In this document: positions 1-9,110 of the stretch, piece after piece
Layout of the letters: each line of letters opens with the position of its first letter
Position numbering within the stretch: position 1 is the first letter of the stretch
Origin: Pelagomonas calceolata
Lineage: Eukaryota
NCBI GenBank assembly: GCA_918797485.1
Contig: CAKKNE010000006.1
Coordinates: forward strand, 744,001 to 808,000
Direction: 5' to 3'
DNA length: 64,000 nt
The notes under the pieces: generated by a model
The model's database searches: none
Told to the model about the DNA's origin: nothing
Seen by the model: the letters and a program-made list of their open reading frames with translations, nothing else
Position numbers and translations under genes: made by a program

Positions 1-1
1 C

Positions 2-2800
2 GCGCGAGGCTTCGCGCCGCAGGCGCCGCGCGCGCCGGCCGCGCCGCGGGGCCTGGCGCCGCCGGCCACCGCGCCGGCGCGCGGGCCGCCAATGGGCGCG
101 CCGCGGCCGCCGATGGGCGCCGCGCCGGCGAGGGGCCCGCCGATGGGCGCCGCGCCGCCGATGAGCGCGCCGCCGGCCAGAGGACCGCAGGCCGCCTTCC
201 ACCAGGTGCCGGCGCGCGCGGCCCAGCCGCCCACTGCTCAATTCGGCCAGATGCGCGTCGCCGACGGCGCGCCGCCGCCGCCAGGGCCTCCAAGAGGGCC
301 GCCCTCGCGCAGCGGCTCCATGGTGAGCGCGCCGTCGCAGCAGGCCCCGAAGACGTTTCAAGGCTACGCGCCCGCCGCGGAGGGCGGCTACGTGCCGACG
401 GCCCCCGGCGGCGCCGCCGCGCCGCCCGGGGCCGCGCAGCCCAGTCGTAGTCGCGCCGACATTTTGGCCTCGCCGCGGGGCTCCATGTCGCAGCCGGCGC
501 TGCCCGCGGCGCCTATGAGCATGCCCGCGCCCCAGGTGGAAATAGATGAATCATCCCAGTGTGACGGCCGCTACATGCGCTGCTCCGTGAAGACGCTCCC
601 GTCGACGGCGCAAGTCGCGTCCGCGTCGAAGCTCCCGCTCGGAGTGGTGTGCCAGCCCATGGCCCTCGATAGCCAGCAGGACGCGCCTCTGGACGTGGTT
701 AACTTCGGCTCGACCGGTATTGTGAGGTGCAAGAAGTGCCGCGCCTACGTGAACCCCTTCGTGGCCTGGGTGAATAACGGGAGGCAGTGGCGCTGCAACG
801 TCTGCGGCTTTAGCAACGACGTTCCGAATAGCTATTTCTGCCAGTTGGATGAGCGAGGTCGACGTAGAGATCGAGATCAAAGACCGGAACTGTCCAAGGG
901 TAGTGTCGAGTTGGTGGCTCCGGGCGAGTACATGGTGCGACCCCCGCAGCCACCCGTGTACGTGTTCGCTGTGGATGTCTCCGCGCCGTCCGTGGCGTCT
1001 GGGCTGGTCAATGTCGCTGCTAGTACGATCAAGAAGTGTCTTGACAGTTTACCAGGAGCACCTCGCACTCAGGTTGCCGTCGTCACTTATGATAGCAGTG
1101 TGCACTTCTACAACCTGAAGGCGTCGCTGAAGCAGCCGTCCATGTTGACCGTGCCTGATCTTACTGATCTATTTGTACCGTTGCCGGATGATTTGCTGGT
1201 CAACTTGGCCGAAAGTAGAGAATCGATAGATATGCTGCTCGATAGTCTACCGCAGATGCATTCTGGTTCACCGTCACCGGCGTCATGTTTGGGTGCAGCG
1301 TTAACCGCGGCGTACCGCGTCATGGGCCATGTCGGTGGGAAGTTGTGCGTCTTCCAATCCCAGTTGCCGAACTGTGGCGAGGCTGCTCTGAAGAACCGAG
1401 AGAATCCTCGAGCCTATGGCACTGATGGGGAGAGAATGCTTTTACTGGCCGAGCAGAGCAAGGGCAAGAGTCCAGAACAAACTACTGCGTCGTGGTACGA
1501 GACGAGGGCCATCGAGTTTTCGCGGCTCCAGATCGGCGTGGAATTATTTGTGGCTCCTCCTACGAATGCCTACGTCGACCTCGCGACGTTGGCACTCCTC
1601 CCGAAGATCACGGCGGGCCAACTCTATTACTATCCGCAGTTCTCGTCCAAGAAAGATGCTGCTAAACTCGAGGCAGAACTAACGAGAGCTCTGACGCGAC
1701 CGACGGGCTTCGAGGCGGTGATGAGGGTCCGATGTACGCGCGGTCTACGTGTCTCCGCCTTCCGAGGCAACTATTATGTCAGGGGCCACGACTTACTGGC
1801 GCTGCCGAATTGTACTCCGGAAAGCGTTTTTGCCCTTGAAATTGCACATGATGCGGAAGCTCCCTTGACCGCTGGGGCCGCGTCGGTGCAGGCGTCTCTA
1901 CTGTATACGACTTCCTCCGGGGAGAGGAGGATTCGCGTGCACACTTTGGTGCTGCCGACGTCTCCCGACGTTGGTGTGGTCGCGGCGTCGGCGGACGTTG
2001 ATGTGGTCGCTAATCTGTTGGCGAAGGCGTCGGTCGAGGCGACCCTGAAAGCCGGCTTGGACGCGGCTCGCTCGCGTTTACAACAGCGGTGCATCGACGT
2101 CGTGGCCGCCTGTAGGCACGGTCGCTCGTCAGCCTCCGTGGGCGGTTATGGAGCACCAGCAGTGAGAGGGGCTCCCGCGGCACCTCAAACGCCGTCCCAG
2201 CCGCCGAAGCTGCCCGAGTCGCTGCAGCTCTTGCCGTTGTACTGCATGGCGTTGCTGAAATCCGCAGCATTTCGGGGCGGCGCCGACGTCCGCGCCGACG
2301 AGCGGTCGTACACGCTACAAAGGTTGGACGGCATGGCCCCCGAGCAGACGCGCTCCTTCGTCTACCCTCGACTCTTCGCGCTGCACAAATTGCCGCCGTC
2401 CCAGACGCCGTTCGCGTTTCCGCCACCTCTCAACTTGTCAGCAGAAAGCATTTCGAGCGACGGCATCTATTTGTTAGATGACTCCTTGCAGCTCATGGTC
2501 TGGGTCGGCGGCGCCTCTGATCCAAAATTATGCGATTCGTTGTTCCTCCAGGACCCGAGCGATGGCCGAGTGATGATGAAACCGGACCCGGGTGGTGATT
2601 CACCTTTATCTAGGGCGTGCAAGGTCATCGCCGAATTGCGGAAAACGAGACCCGCTTATTTAGCCCTGGAGATCATCCGCGAGGGCGACCCACAGCGGCA
2701 GCCGGTCTTCTTCCGGCACCTCGTCGAGGACCACGCGTCCTTCCCGGGCGGGCAGTACTCGTACCAGGAGTTCATGGCGCACGTCTCGCGGCACGCATAG
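2..2800 (+). CDS. SEC24: COPII coat subunit Sec24 (5' end may lie outside the window)
   Basis: Pro-rich N-terminus, zinc finger (RCKKCRAYVNPF...WRCNVC), trunk/vWA domain (YVFAVDVS), GFEAVMRVRCT beta-sandwich, helical and gelsolin-like domains. The frame is open from position 2; the first ATG in the window is at 92. Confidence 0.95.
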   Translation, partial: ARGFAPQAPRAPAAPRGLAPPATAPARGPPMGAPRPPMGAAPARGPPMGAAPPMSAPPARGPQAAFHQVPARAAQPPTAQFGQMRVADGAPPPPGPPRGPPSRSGSMVSAPSQQAPKTFQGYAPAAEGGYVPTAPGGAAAPPGAAQPSRSRADILASPRGSMSQPALPAAPMSMPAPQVEIDESSQCDGRYMRCSVKTLPSTAQVASASKLPLGVVCQPMALDSQQDAPLDVVNFGSTGIVRCKKCRAYVNPFVAWVNNGRQWRCNVCGFSNDVPNSYFCQLDERGRRRDRDQRPELSKGSVELVAPGEYMVRPPQPPVYVFAVDVSAPSVASGLVNVAASTIKKCLDSLPGAPRTQVAVVTYDSSVHFYNLKASLKQPSMLTVPDLTDLFVPLPDDLLVNLAESRESIDMLLDSLPQMHSGSPSPASCLGAALTAAYRVMGHVGGKLCVFQSQLPNCGEAALKNRENPRAYGTDGERMLLLAEQSKGKSPEQTTASWYETRAIEFSRLQIGVELFVAPPTNAYVDLATLALLPKITAGQLYYYPQFSSKKDAAKLEAELTRALTRPTGFEAVMRVRCTRGLRVSAFRGNYYVRGHDLLALPNCTPESVFALEIAHDAEAPLTAGAASVQASLLYTTSSGERRIRVHTLVLPTSPDVGVVAASADVDVVANLLAKASVEATLKAGLDAARSRLQQRCIDVVAACRHGRSSASVGGYGAPAVRGAPAAPQTPSQPPKLPESLQLLPLYCMALLKSAAFRGGADVRADERSYTLQRLDGMAPEQTRSFVYPRLFALHKLPPSQTPFAFPPPLNLSAESISSDGIYLLDDSLQLMVWVGGASDPKLCDSLFLQDPSDGRVMMKPDPGGDSPLSRACKVIAELRKTRPAYLALEIIREGDPQRQPVFFRHLVEDHASFPGGQYSYQEFMAHVSRHA

Positions 2801-3019
2801 TGGTGGTGTCGCTTCCCCCTTCCCCTTCCCCCTCCCCCAATGGATAATACGTTCATAGACACGTTGTTCAGGGTCAGGCTCAGGTAGTTACGTCCCAGGC
2901 TCAGGCTAGTACGCCATAAGCACTTTATTGCCCGTTGCCATCAGAAGACTGGGCGGCATGAGGAGGCCGCCCGACTTTTTCGCCTTGTATACGCCAAAAG
3001 GAAGGCCCAGAAAAGTACA

Positions 3020-3346
3020 ATGAATGCTTTGTACGCAGGTTTTCACCTGGCTCGCTCGTTGATTGAACTCGGGCGGTACGCTGATGCCAAATCACTCGTG
3101 TTGCGGTTCCTGCGCGGAATCGACCCGGGTGACGACAAGGGCACCTATCTGCGAAGACTCCACGCGGAGACCGTCTACAAGACCGAAGGCGCGTCCCGCG
3201 ACGACGTCTTAAAGGCGGCGACGACCCTCGAGGACGTACTAAGCTTGCTGCGGCGACGCTTGGGCGCGGGCCATCCGGATACACTGGAGACGCTCGCCGA
3301 GCTCGACCGCGCGCGCATGACGCTCGAGGATAAGTTTCAACAGTAA
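3020..3346 (+). pseudogene. Isolated C-terminal fragment of the RING-CH/TPR family
   Basis: The translation (YADAKSL...AETVYK...DDVLKAATTLED...RRRLGAGHPDT) matches the C-terminal helices of the genes at 31145, 32603 and 51720 but lacks their N-terminal domains. Confidence 0.6.
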
Positions 3347-3353
3347 ACATTAG

Positions 3354-4460
3354 TCATTCCTCCCAAGCCGGCGCCCGCGCCGCCGCCCCGTACGCCGTCG
3401 CCGCGGCCTCCTCGAGCACCGCGGGCACCGCGCCGCGCACGCGCTCCAGCGCGTCGGGTTTGAGTGTGAGCACCTGGTCGGCGAACGTCGGAACTTCGTA
3501 CGCATCATCTAGAAACTCGACGCGCCACCGCCGCGCGCGATCGCGCGCCTCCGGGTTCCCGACCTGCTCGCCCAGCCGCAACAGCCCATCTCTATCGCAC
3601 TCGACGTAGCAGCCCCCGCCCCAGTCCGCCGCGAGTAAGGAGATGGGCGTCTCGACGACGTCGCCTTTCCGCTGCCGCAGGTCCATGTCCAGTTGCTGCC
3701 ACGAGCCGAACGAGCTAGAATTGCACGCTATGCCCCCGCCGAAGGTCATGCCGATGTATTTGTCCGACACGCTGTTCATCAGCGACAGCACATGAGGTCT
3801 CACTTCGTAGAGGGCCCACCGACATGTGGCCCTCAGTTCCAAGTCCGGGGACAGGCCCACGTCGGTTCCTCTGCTTCGTAGATAGCGCTTTGTCACTGGA
3901 CACTGTAGCGCGACATGGCCTAGTAATTTGGGTTCATCGGACGCACCGAAAAGTCCAGCCGCCGCGACGCGACCTGCTGCTCTAGTAGTCCTACGAGTAG
4001 ACTCCCAGAGCGACTCGGTCTTGGAGGACAGTCTAGATGATTGGGCGTTCTGGTGGTCGATCACAGCGTTGAGTTGCTTGCCGCAAGCCAGCACGTCGTC
4101 GAGTTGCTGCGATAGATCGGCAACATATTGGTCCTGCTCAACCGTGCCGCCCGACGGGATGGGCGGTTGATGTCTCGACTGGGGAGCGACCTCTGGTCTC
4201 AATGGTGCTGGGGGCGGCTTCGGCACGGCCGGCCCGCTCGTAAATTGGTTCTGGAGCCACCCACCCCAGGTCATGCCTCGGATCTCTCGCGCGCTTCGAT
4301 CCAACAGGTATTTATTGGAATCCGCGACGATTTCCGTCTGGTGGAGCTGCTCGCCCTGTTCTTCGAGGCGCTGGAGCGTCGCGGCGCCGGCCTGCAACGC
4401 TTCGTCGAGGGCGGCGAGGCCGTCTCTATTGGATTTTGGGGCGGCGGTCGTCGACGCCAT
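3354..4460 (-). CDS. SNAP25-like Qbc-SNARE with C-terminal fascin-like beta-trefoil domain
   Basis: Two SNARE-like heptad regions (GAATLQRLEEQGEQL; GKQLNAVIDHQN) followed by repeats such as VALQCPVTKRYL and LSLMNSVSDKYI, typical of beta-trefoils. Confidence 0.65.
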   Translation of the reverse strand: MASTTAAPKSNRDGLAALDEALQAGAATLQRLEEQGEQLHQTEIVADSNKYLLDRSAREIRGMTWGGWLQNQFTSGPAVPKPPPAPLRPEVAPQSRHQPPIPSGGTVEQDQYVADLSQQLDDVLACGKQLNAVIDHQNAQSSRLSSKTESLWESTRRTTRAAGRVAAAGLFGASDEPKLLGHVALQCPVTKRYLRSRGTDVGLSPDLELRATCRWALYEVRPHVLSLMNSVSDKYIGMTFGGGIACNSSSFGSWQQLDMDLRQRKGDVVETPISLLAADWGGGCYVECDRDGLLRLGEQVGNPEARDRARRWRVEFLDDAYEVPTFADQVLTLKPDALERVRGAVPAVLEEAAATAYGAAARAPAWEE

Positions 4461-4702
4461 CACTGCTCGATGGCGTGGATGCTGTGAGGTGCTTCGCGTC
4501 GGTAGCGTGTGATTTCGTTTCGCTGGCGTCGCTTTATGCGGCAGCAGCCAATAGAGCTCTCCGGAGATTCTGCTGCTCTTAGGCTTGATCGATGCGCTAA
4601 GTCACGCTTGTGGTCGAGCAGTGGGACCGAAGAAGCTGTGCAAAAGAGCGCTGTGTCCCACAAGCGCCGGCCGGAGATTTTTCTCCGTAACAAAAATCGA
4701 TG

Positions 4703-4724
4703 GCTAGCGGCATTAAGACACTAG
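4703..4724 (-). promoter_or_regulatory. CTAG-flanked intergenic motif copy (CTAGTGTCTTAATGCCGCTAGC)
   Basis: Matches a motif that recurs upstream of genes; here it lies between divergent genes. Confidence 0.45.
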
Positions 4725-4870
4725 GACAAGTTGTGCTCGGCACTGTTTGCCACGCGAAAGGCGGGCGGAGCGCCACAAATCGTGCGCCGCGCACACGTTC
4801 TAGTACCGCAGCTACAGATAGCACCGCGTAGCGGCAGCCCCAGCATTCATGAGGGCAGCCCCATAGAGCC

Positions 4871-7800
4871 ATGCGCCTCCTACCGCTTCTCGTAGCTGCG
4901 GGCGCCGCACCGACCTGTCAAAAATGCGGTGTGAAGAGAGAGGACGGCCAGATGCCGGACTGGAACTGCTGCTGGGCTGGAGGCTCGTGGCACGGCAAAT
5001 GCTCTGAGAGCGGGCCGTACACGTGGCACGACGGCTGGCATGAGTGCAAGGAGCCGAACGACGCCGAACGTAGGAGAGCGCACGGCGACGCGCAGGGGCA
5101 TTTTGGAAGAGGCATGAGCCGCGTCTGTCCCCACGCGTCTGCCAGAGTTGTGGACGGTCCTCTCGGTACAGGTATTTCGGTCGTGTATGTCGTCTACGGC
5201 GCTTCTGGCGGTGAGGCGTCTTCCATTGAATTCTTCGGGAAGCACGGTCTCGACGAGATGACGAAAATCGACGGCGGGACTTCTGTTCAAGTGTTGAGGC
5301 CTCAGCACCTGGGCGCGGAGGTCGTGGCGTCTCAGTCATCAAAATTGACGAAGGCCATCTCTGATTTAGAGAACGTTTGTAGTCATTGGGCGCGCTGCAC
5401 TACCCATGAATATGCCGGGTCGAAACTACGATGGCTCGCAGTGGCATCAGCGTGGCGGCGGACGCCCGCGTCGTCCTACGTACTTTGTACGAGTCGTGTG
5501 ATGGGGCCCGCCTTGCCGACGTACTACACGGGCGCCGCCTGGCCTCGAGCATTAACCTCATTACTGGACAACACGACGTCGCTGGTCGCCACTGCGTTAC
5601 GCGTGGACGGCTGCGACGTTAGGGTAGACCTCGCGAAAGGCGTCGTGGCCCTGTCGGCGTCTCTCGTAAGGCAACTGCTGGTGGCGGGCCCCGACCGCCT
5701 CGAGTCCGACGTCGTGAGGATGGTGCGGGATGGGCGCGAAGCGCTGAAGACGTTTGAACCAGGTTATGAAAGGGTAGACTGGGACGCGTTTTGGAGTTTA
5801 TGTGCGTTTAAAGGTACACCTCGCCTGCCAAAAGATGCTTCATCAGCCTTCGCGCAGCTGTTCGCTCCGCAAATGACACCTCTCAGCTATGCGCGGGACT
5901 GGCATTCAAATGGGAGAGATATCGTCGCGAAGCGGCGCTGGAAGGGCGACACTCTTGTGGTTTATGCCTATCACGAGACGCCCGACGCCAAGGCAAACAT
6001 GGCCTACTTTCTTCGAAATGGCCTCCGGAACTTGATGGCTCATGTGATCATCGTGGTCAACGGGCCCTCTTCACTGAAATTCCCTCAGGACTCGGACCGG
6101 TTCAAGAACACGCTGCGGATCATACGGAGGGACAACTCGTGTTTTGACTTTGGTTCGTGGGGCGTCGCCCTGGCGGACGCGAGGAAGCGGCTCCGACTGG
6201 TCAACGTCATCCTCATGAACGCGTCGGTGCGGGGACCGTTCCTGCCGGCCTACGCGCATACAACAAACTGGGTCGACGGCTTCCTGGCGCTGCTGCGGGG
6301 CGACGTCGCTTTAGCTGGACTGGCCGTGAACTGCCCAGACGGAAAAGGCCGGAAATGGCCGCACGTCATGTCCATGGCCATGGTGCTCGACGAGCGGGCT
6401 TTGCGGATCGCGGACGACCACGGTATATTTGCGTGTGCGTCTTCTTATGACGAGGCCGTCGAGCGCGAGGGGCGGCTCTCGAAGCTCGTGCTGGATGCTA
6501 AGTTAAACTTGGGCACGATGCAACACAACTATCACTCGACAGACTGGCGTAAAGTGCTGCCGACCGTGGAACACGCGGCGCTCGTGCCCAATAGTGCCAA
6601 CTTTCCCAGCTGTCCTGGCATTGATTTAGATATATTCTACAAGGAAGGATGGCATTCGGGCTCCACCCCACATCCGGTAGAATTCTTGTTCTATAAGACC
6701 AATAGAGGCGTCGGCGCCGACGCGGTGGAGGCGAGATCATCGCCGCGCTCGTCGACAAAACGCGTTTTGCTGGCCTCGCACAACTTCGACGGCGACGGCG
6801 CGCCGCGCTACCTGCTCCACGCCGCGGAAGTGCTGAAGCGGGACCACGAGTTACTGGCATGGTCCTTCGAGCGCGACGGCCCGCTGCGGCGCGAGTTCGA
6901 GCTTCTGGGCGCGGAGATCATCCCGTCGCCGACGGACGAGGAACGGGCGCGACAGCGGCTGAGCTGGAAGGACGTGACCCTACAGAGCGTGCTGAACTTT
7001 GTAAACACCGACGTCGACGTCATCGTCTTCAACACCGTCCTCTGGGCCAACGTCATCGCGAGCGGCGACGGCCGCGTGCGCGGGTCGGGACCGAGGATCA
7101 TGTGGATTTTACACGAGATGGAGATCACGGAGCACAGCGTGCCGAGGCATGAGAAGTTACGACTGCGTGGAAATCAACGCGTCGATGGCGTGGGGCGCCT
7201 GCAATTTTATTTCCACACAGGTTCACGATGGGGACCGGGTTCTGGTACGGGCGCTGGTTCCCCGTGTTGCTGCCGGCCCAAAGGTGCGCGACGCTCGCTC
7301 GTGCGGACGCAATCATATTCGTCGCCGACGCGCAACGAGCTTTGTGGTCGTCGTGCGATCGGGGCACGTTCCACACGGTGCGGGGTCGACCGCACGCTCT
7401 CGCCGAGGATGATGTGGTCACGTTGCTCGACTTCGAGGCTGTCGCGGCCGCCGCGGAGACGGCGCTGCGCGAGAAGCTCGCCCTGGAGGTGAAGGCTCGG
7501 CCGCAAGTGCCGCCGGCCGCGCTCTTCAAGCCCGACGTGAAGCGCGCATCATCGACACCGAAGAAGAAAAAGAAGCGGCTGGGTCACCGCCACGAGCACC
7601 GGAGACTGACGTCGACTGCCGTGCGCGACGAGCTCGCGATACCGCAGGACGCCTTCGTCCTCACCACCATCGGCACGATCTGCCGCCGCAAGCGCCAGAA
7701 GTGGGCGCTCTACGCGCTGCGCTACCTCGTGCAGAAGAAAATAGATGCATATTATGTGCTCGTCGGCGCGCCGTCCGACAAAGGCGGCAAAGGGGACCCT

Positions 7801-9069
7801 GAGTACGTCGTCGAGTTCTTGAACAGTGTGCGGAAGTTCGACCTACAGAGCCGCGTGCGGTTGGTGCCGTTTGGCGTTTCTGTGGCGCCCTACCTGTCGG
7901 CGGCCGATCTACACACGTCGCCGTCGTCCCTGGAAGCATATCCGCTCAACACGCTCGAAGCTATGAGCCTCGGAGTGCCCGTCGTCGCCACCGCGGCCGG
8001 CGGCACGGAGGAGCAGTTTCCCCTCGGCGGTTTACGCGTTCAGTGCAGCTTTTGTCTCGTGCGGAACATTTCTTCCTCCCGGGACTTCCTCGAGGCCAGC
8101 GCGCGGGCCGCTGCTCGCCGGGGCGCGCGGCTGCGCCAAGACGGCCAAGCCATGCGCGACGCCGTCGCTGCGCCCGCCGCCGAGCGATTTGCGACTGCGC
8201 TGCGCGATGCGTTCTCGTTTCGACGACCACGGCCCCTCGTGTCTTTCGTGGTGCGGACCTATTGGGGACAGATGGCCTCCGCGCCCTTTACGCTCAAGAG
8301 GACTTTGCGGGCTCTTCGCAAGCTTAATGATCCGAGGTGGGAGGCCCTCGTCGTCCAAACGGACGCGACGCCGATACCAGGGCTTTACCAGCTTTTGGCT
8401 GAGTTCCTTGACGCGAGGATACGACCCGTTGTCTTTGAGGACGCCCCGGCGACGTCGAGCGGCGGGTACGAGGTTACCGATAGAGCCCTCGCGCTCGCTC
8501 GCGCGTCAAAATGGTTAATTGTTACCAATGGAGACAATATCTACGATGCGAGCTTCCTCGCCTCGCTGAGTAGGAGCTCGTCGGATCTCGTGGCCTTCGA
8601 CTTCTACTCGCGACATGTATCTGCCATGGACACGCGCTACCTGGGCGAAGGGTGCGAGCGCTACTTTTCGGCGCCGCATGGAGCATGTAAAAGGAACCTG
8701 TTGGCGGAATGGCATACCGATCTGGGAGCGAACGCCATGTCGGCGCGTCGCTGGGCGTGCGAAGGGCGGCGGTTCCTCGACGTCGACGCTGGCCCCGGCG
8801 AAGACCGCGACGGCAAAGTCGCGTGGAGCCTCGTGTACTGGGGCTGGGACGTGTCGCACGTGCGAAGCGGCGACGGGGGCTGTCTTTTTGATCACAACCC
8901 GAACGCGCACGCGTGCGTCGCGAGCGGCGAGGACTGGGTCTGGTTTGAAAGGAATAGGGAGTGCCTCAGGCGTGGCGCTCTGGAAGGCGTCAACCCGCCT
9001 CCCATGTTTTACGAGAGCCCTCGCCTGCCGGCGGGGACGGAGGCGCTCCAGGGGAGGTGTGCGGACTAA
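4871..9069 (+). CDS. Secreted multi-domain glycosyltransferase (RgpF-like x2, GT-B/GT4-like, GT-A-like); exons 4871-7155 and 7221-9069
   Basis: Signal peptide; RRDNSCFDFGSWG and ILMNASVRGPFLP motifs; GT4-like PSSLEAYPLNTLEAMSLGVPVVATAAGG; TNGDNIYD. Removing 7156-7220 joins the two ORFs in frame (HEK|FTMG). Confidence 0.8.
7156..7220 (+). mobile_element. Introner (TIR family), 65-nt GT-AG intron
   Basis: Element 7163-7220 starts CTGCGTGGAAATCAA and ends TTTATTTCCACACAG; flanked by GTTACGA and GTTCACGA (degenerate TSD). Confidence 0.8.
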
Positions 9070-9110
9070 TATTAGTTGTGTTAATCAATCGACGCGAGCG
9101 ACACATATCA

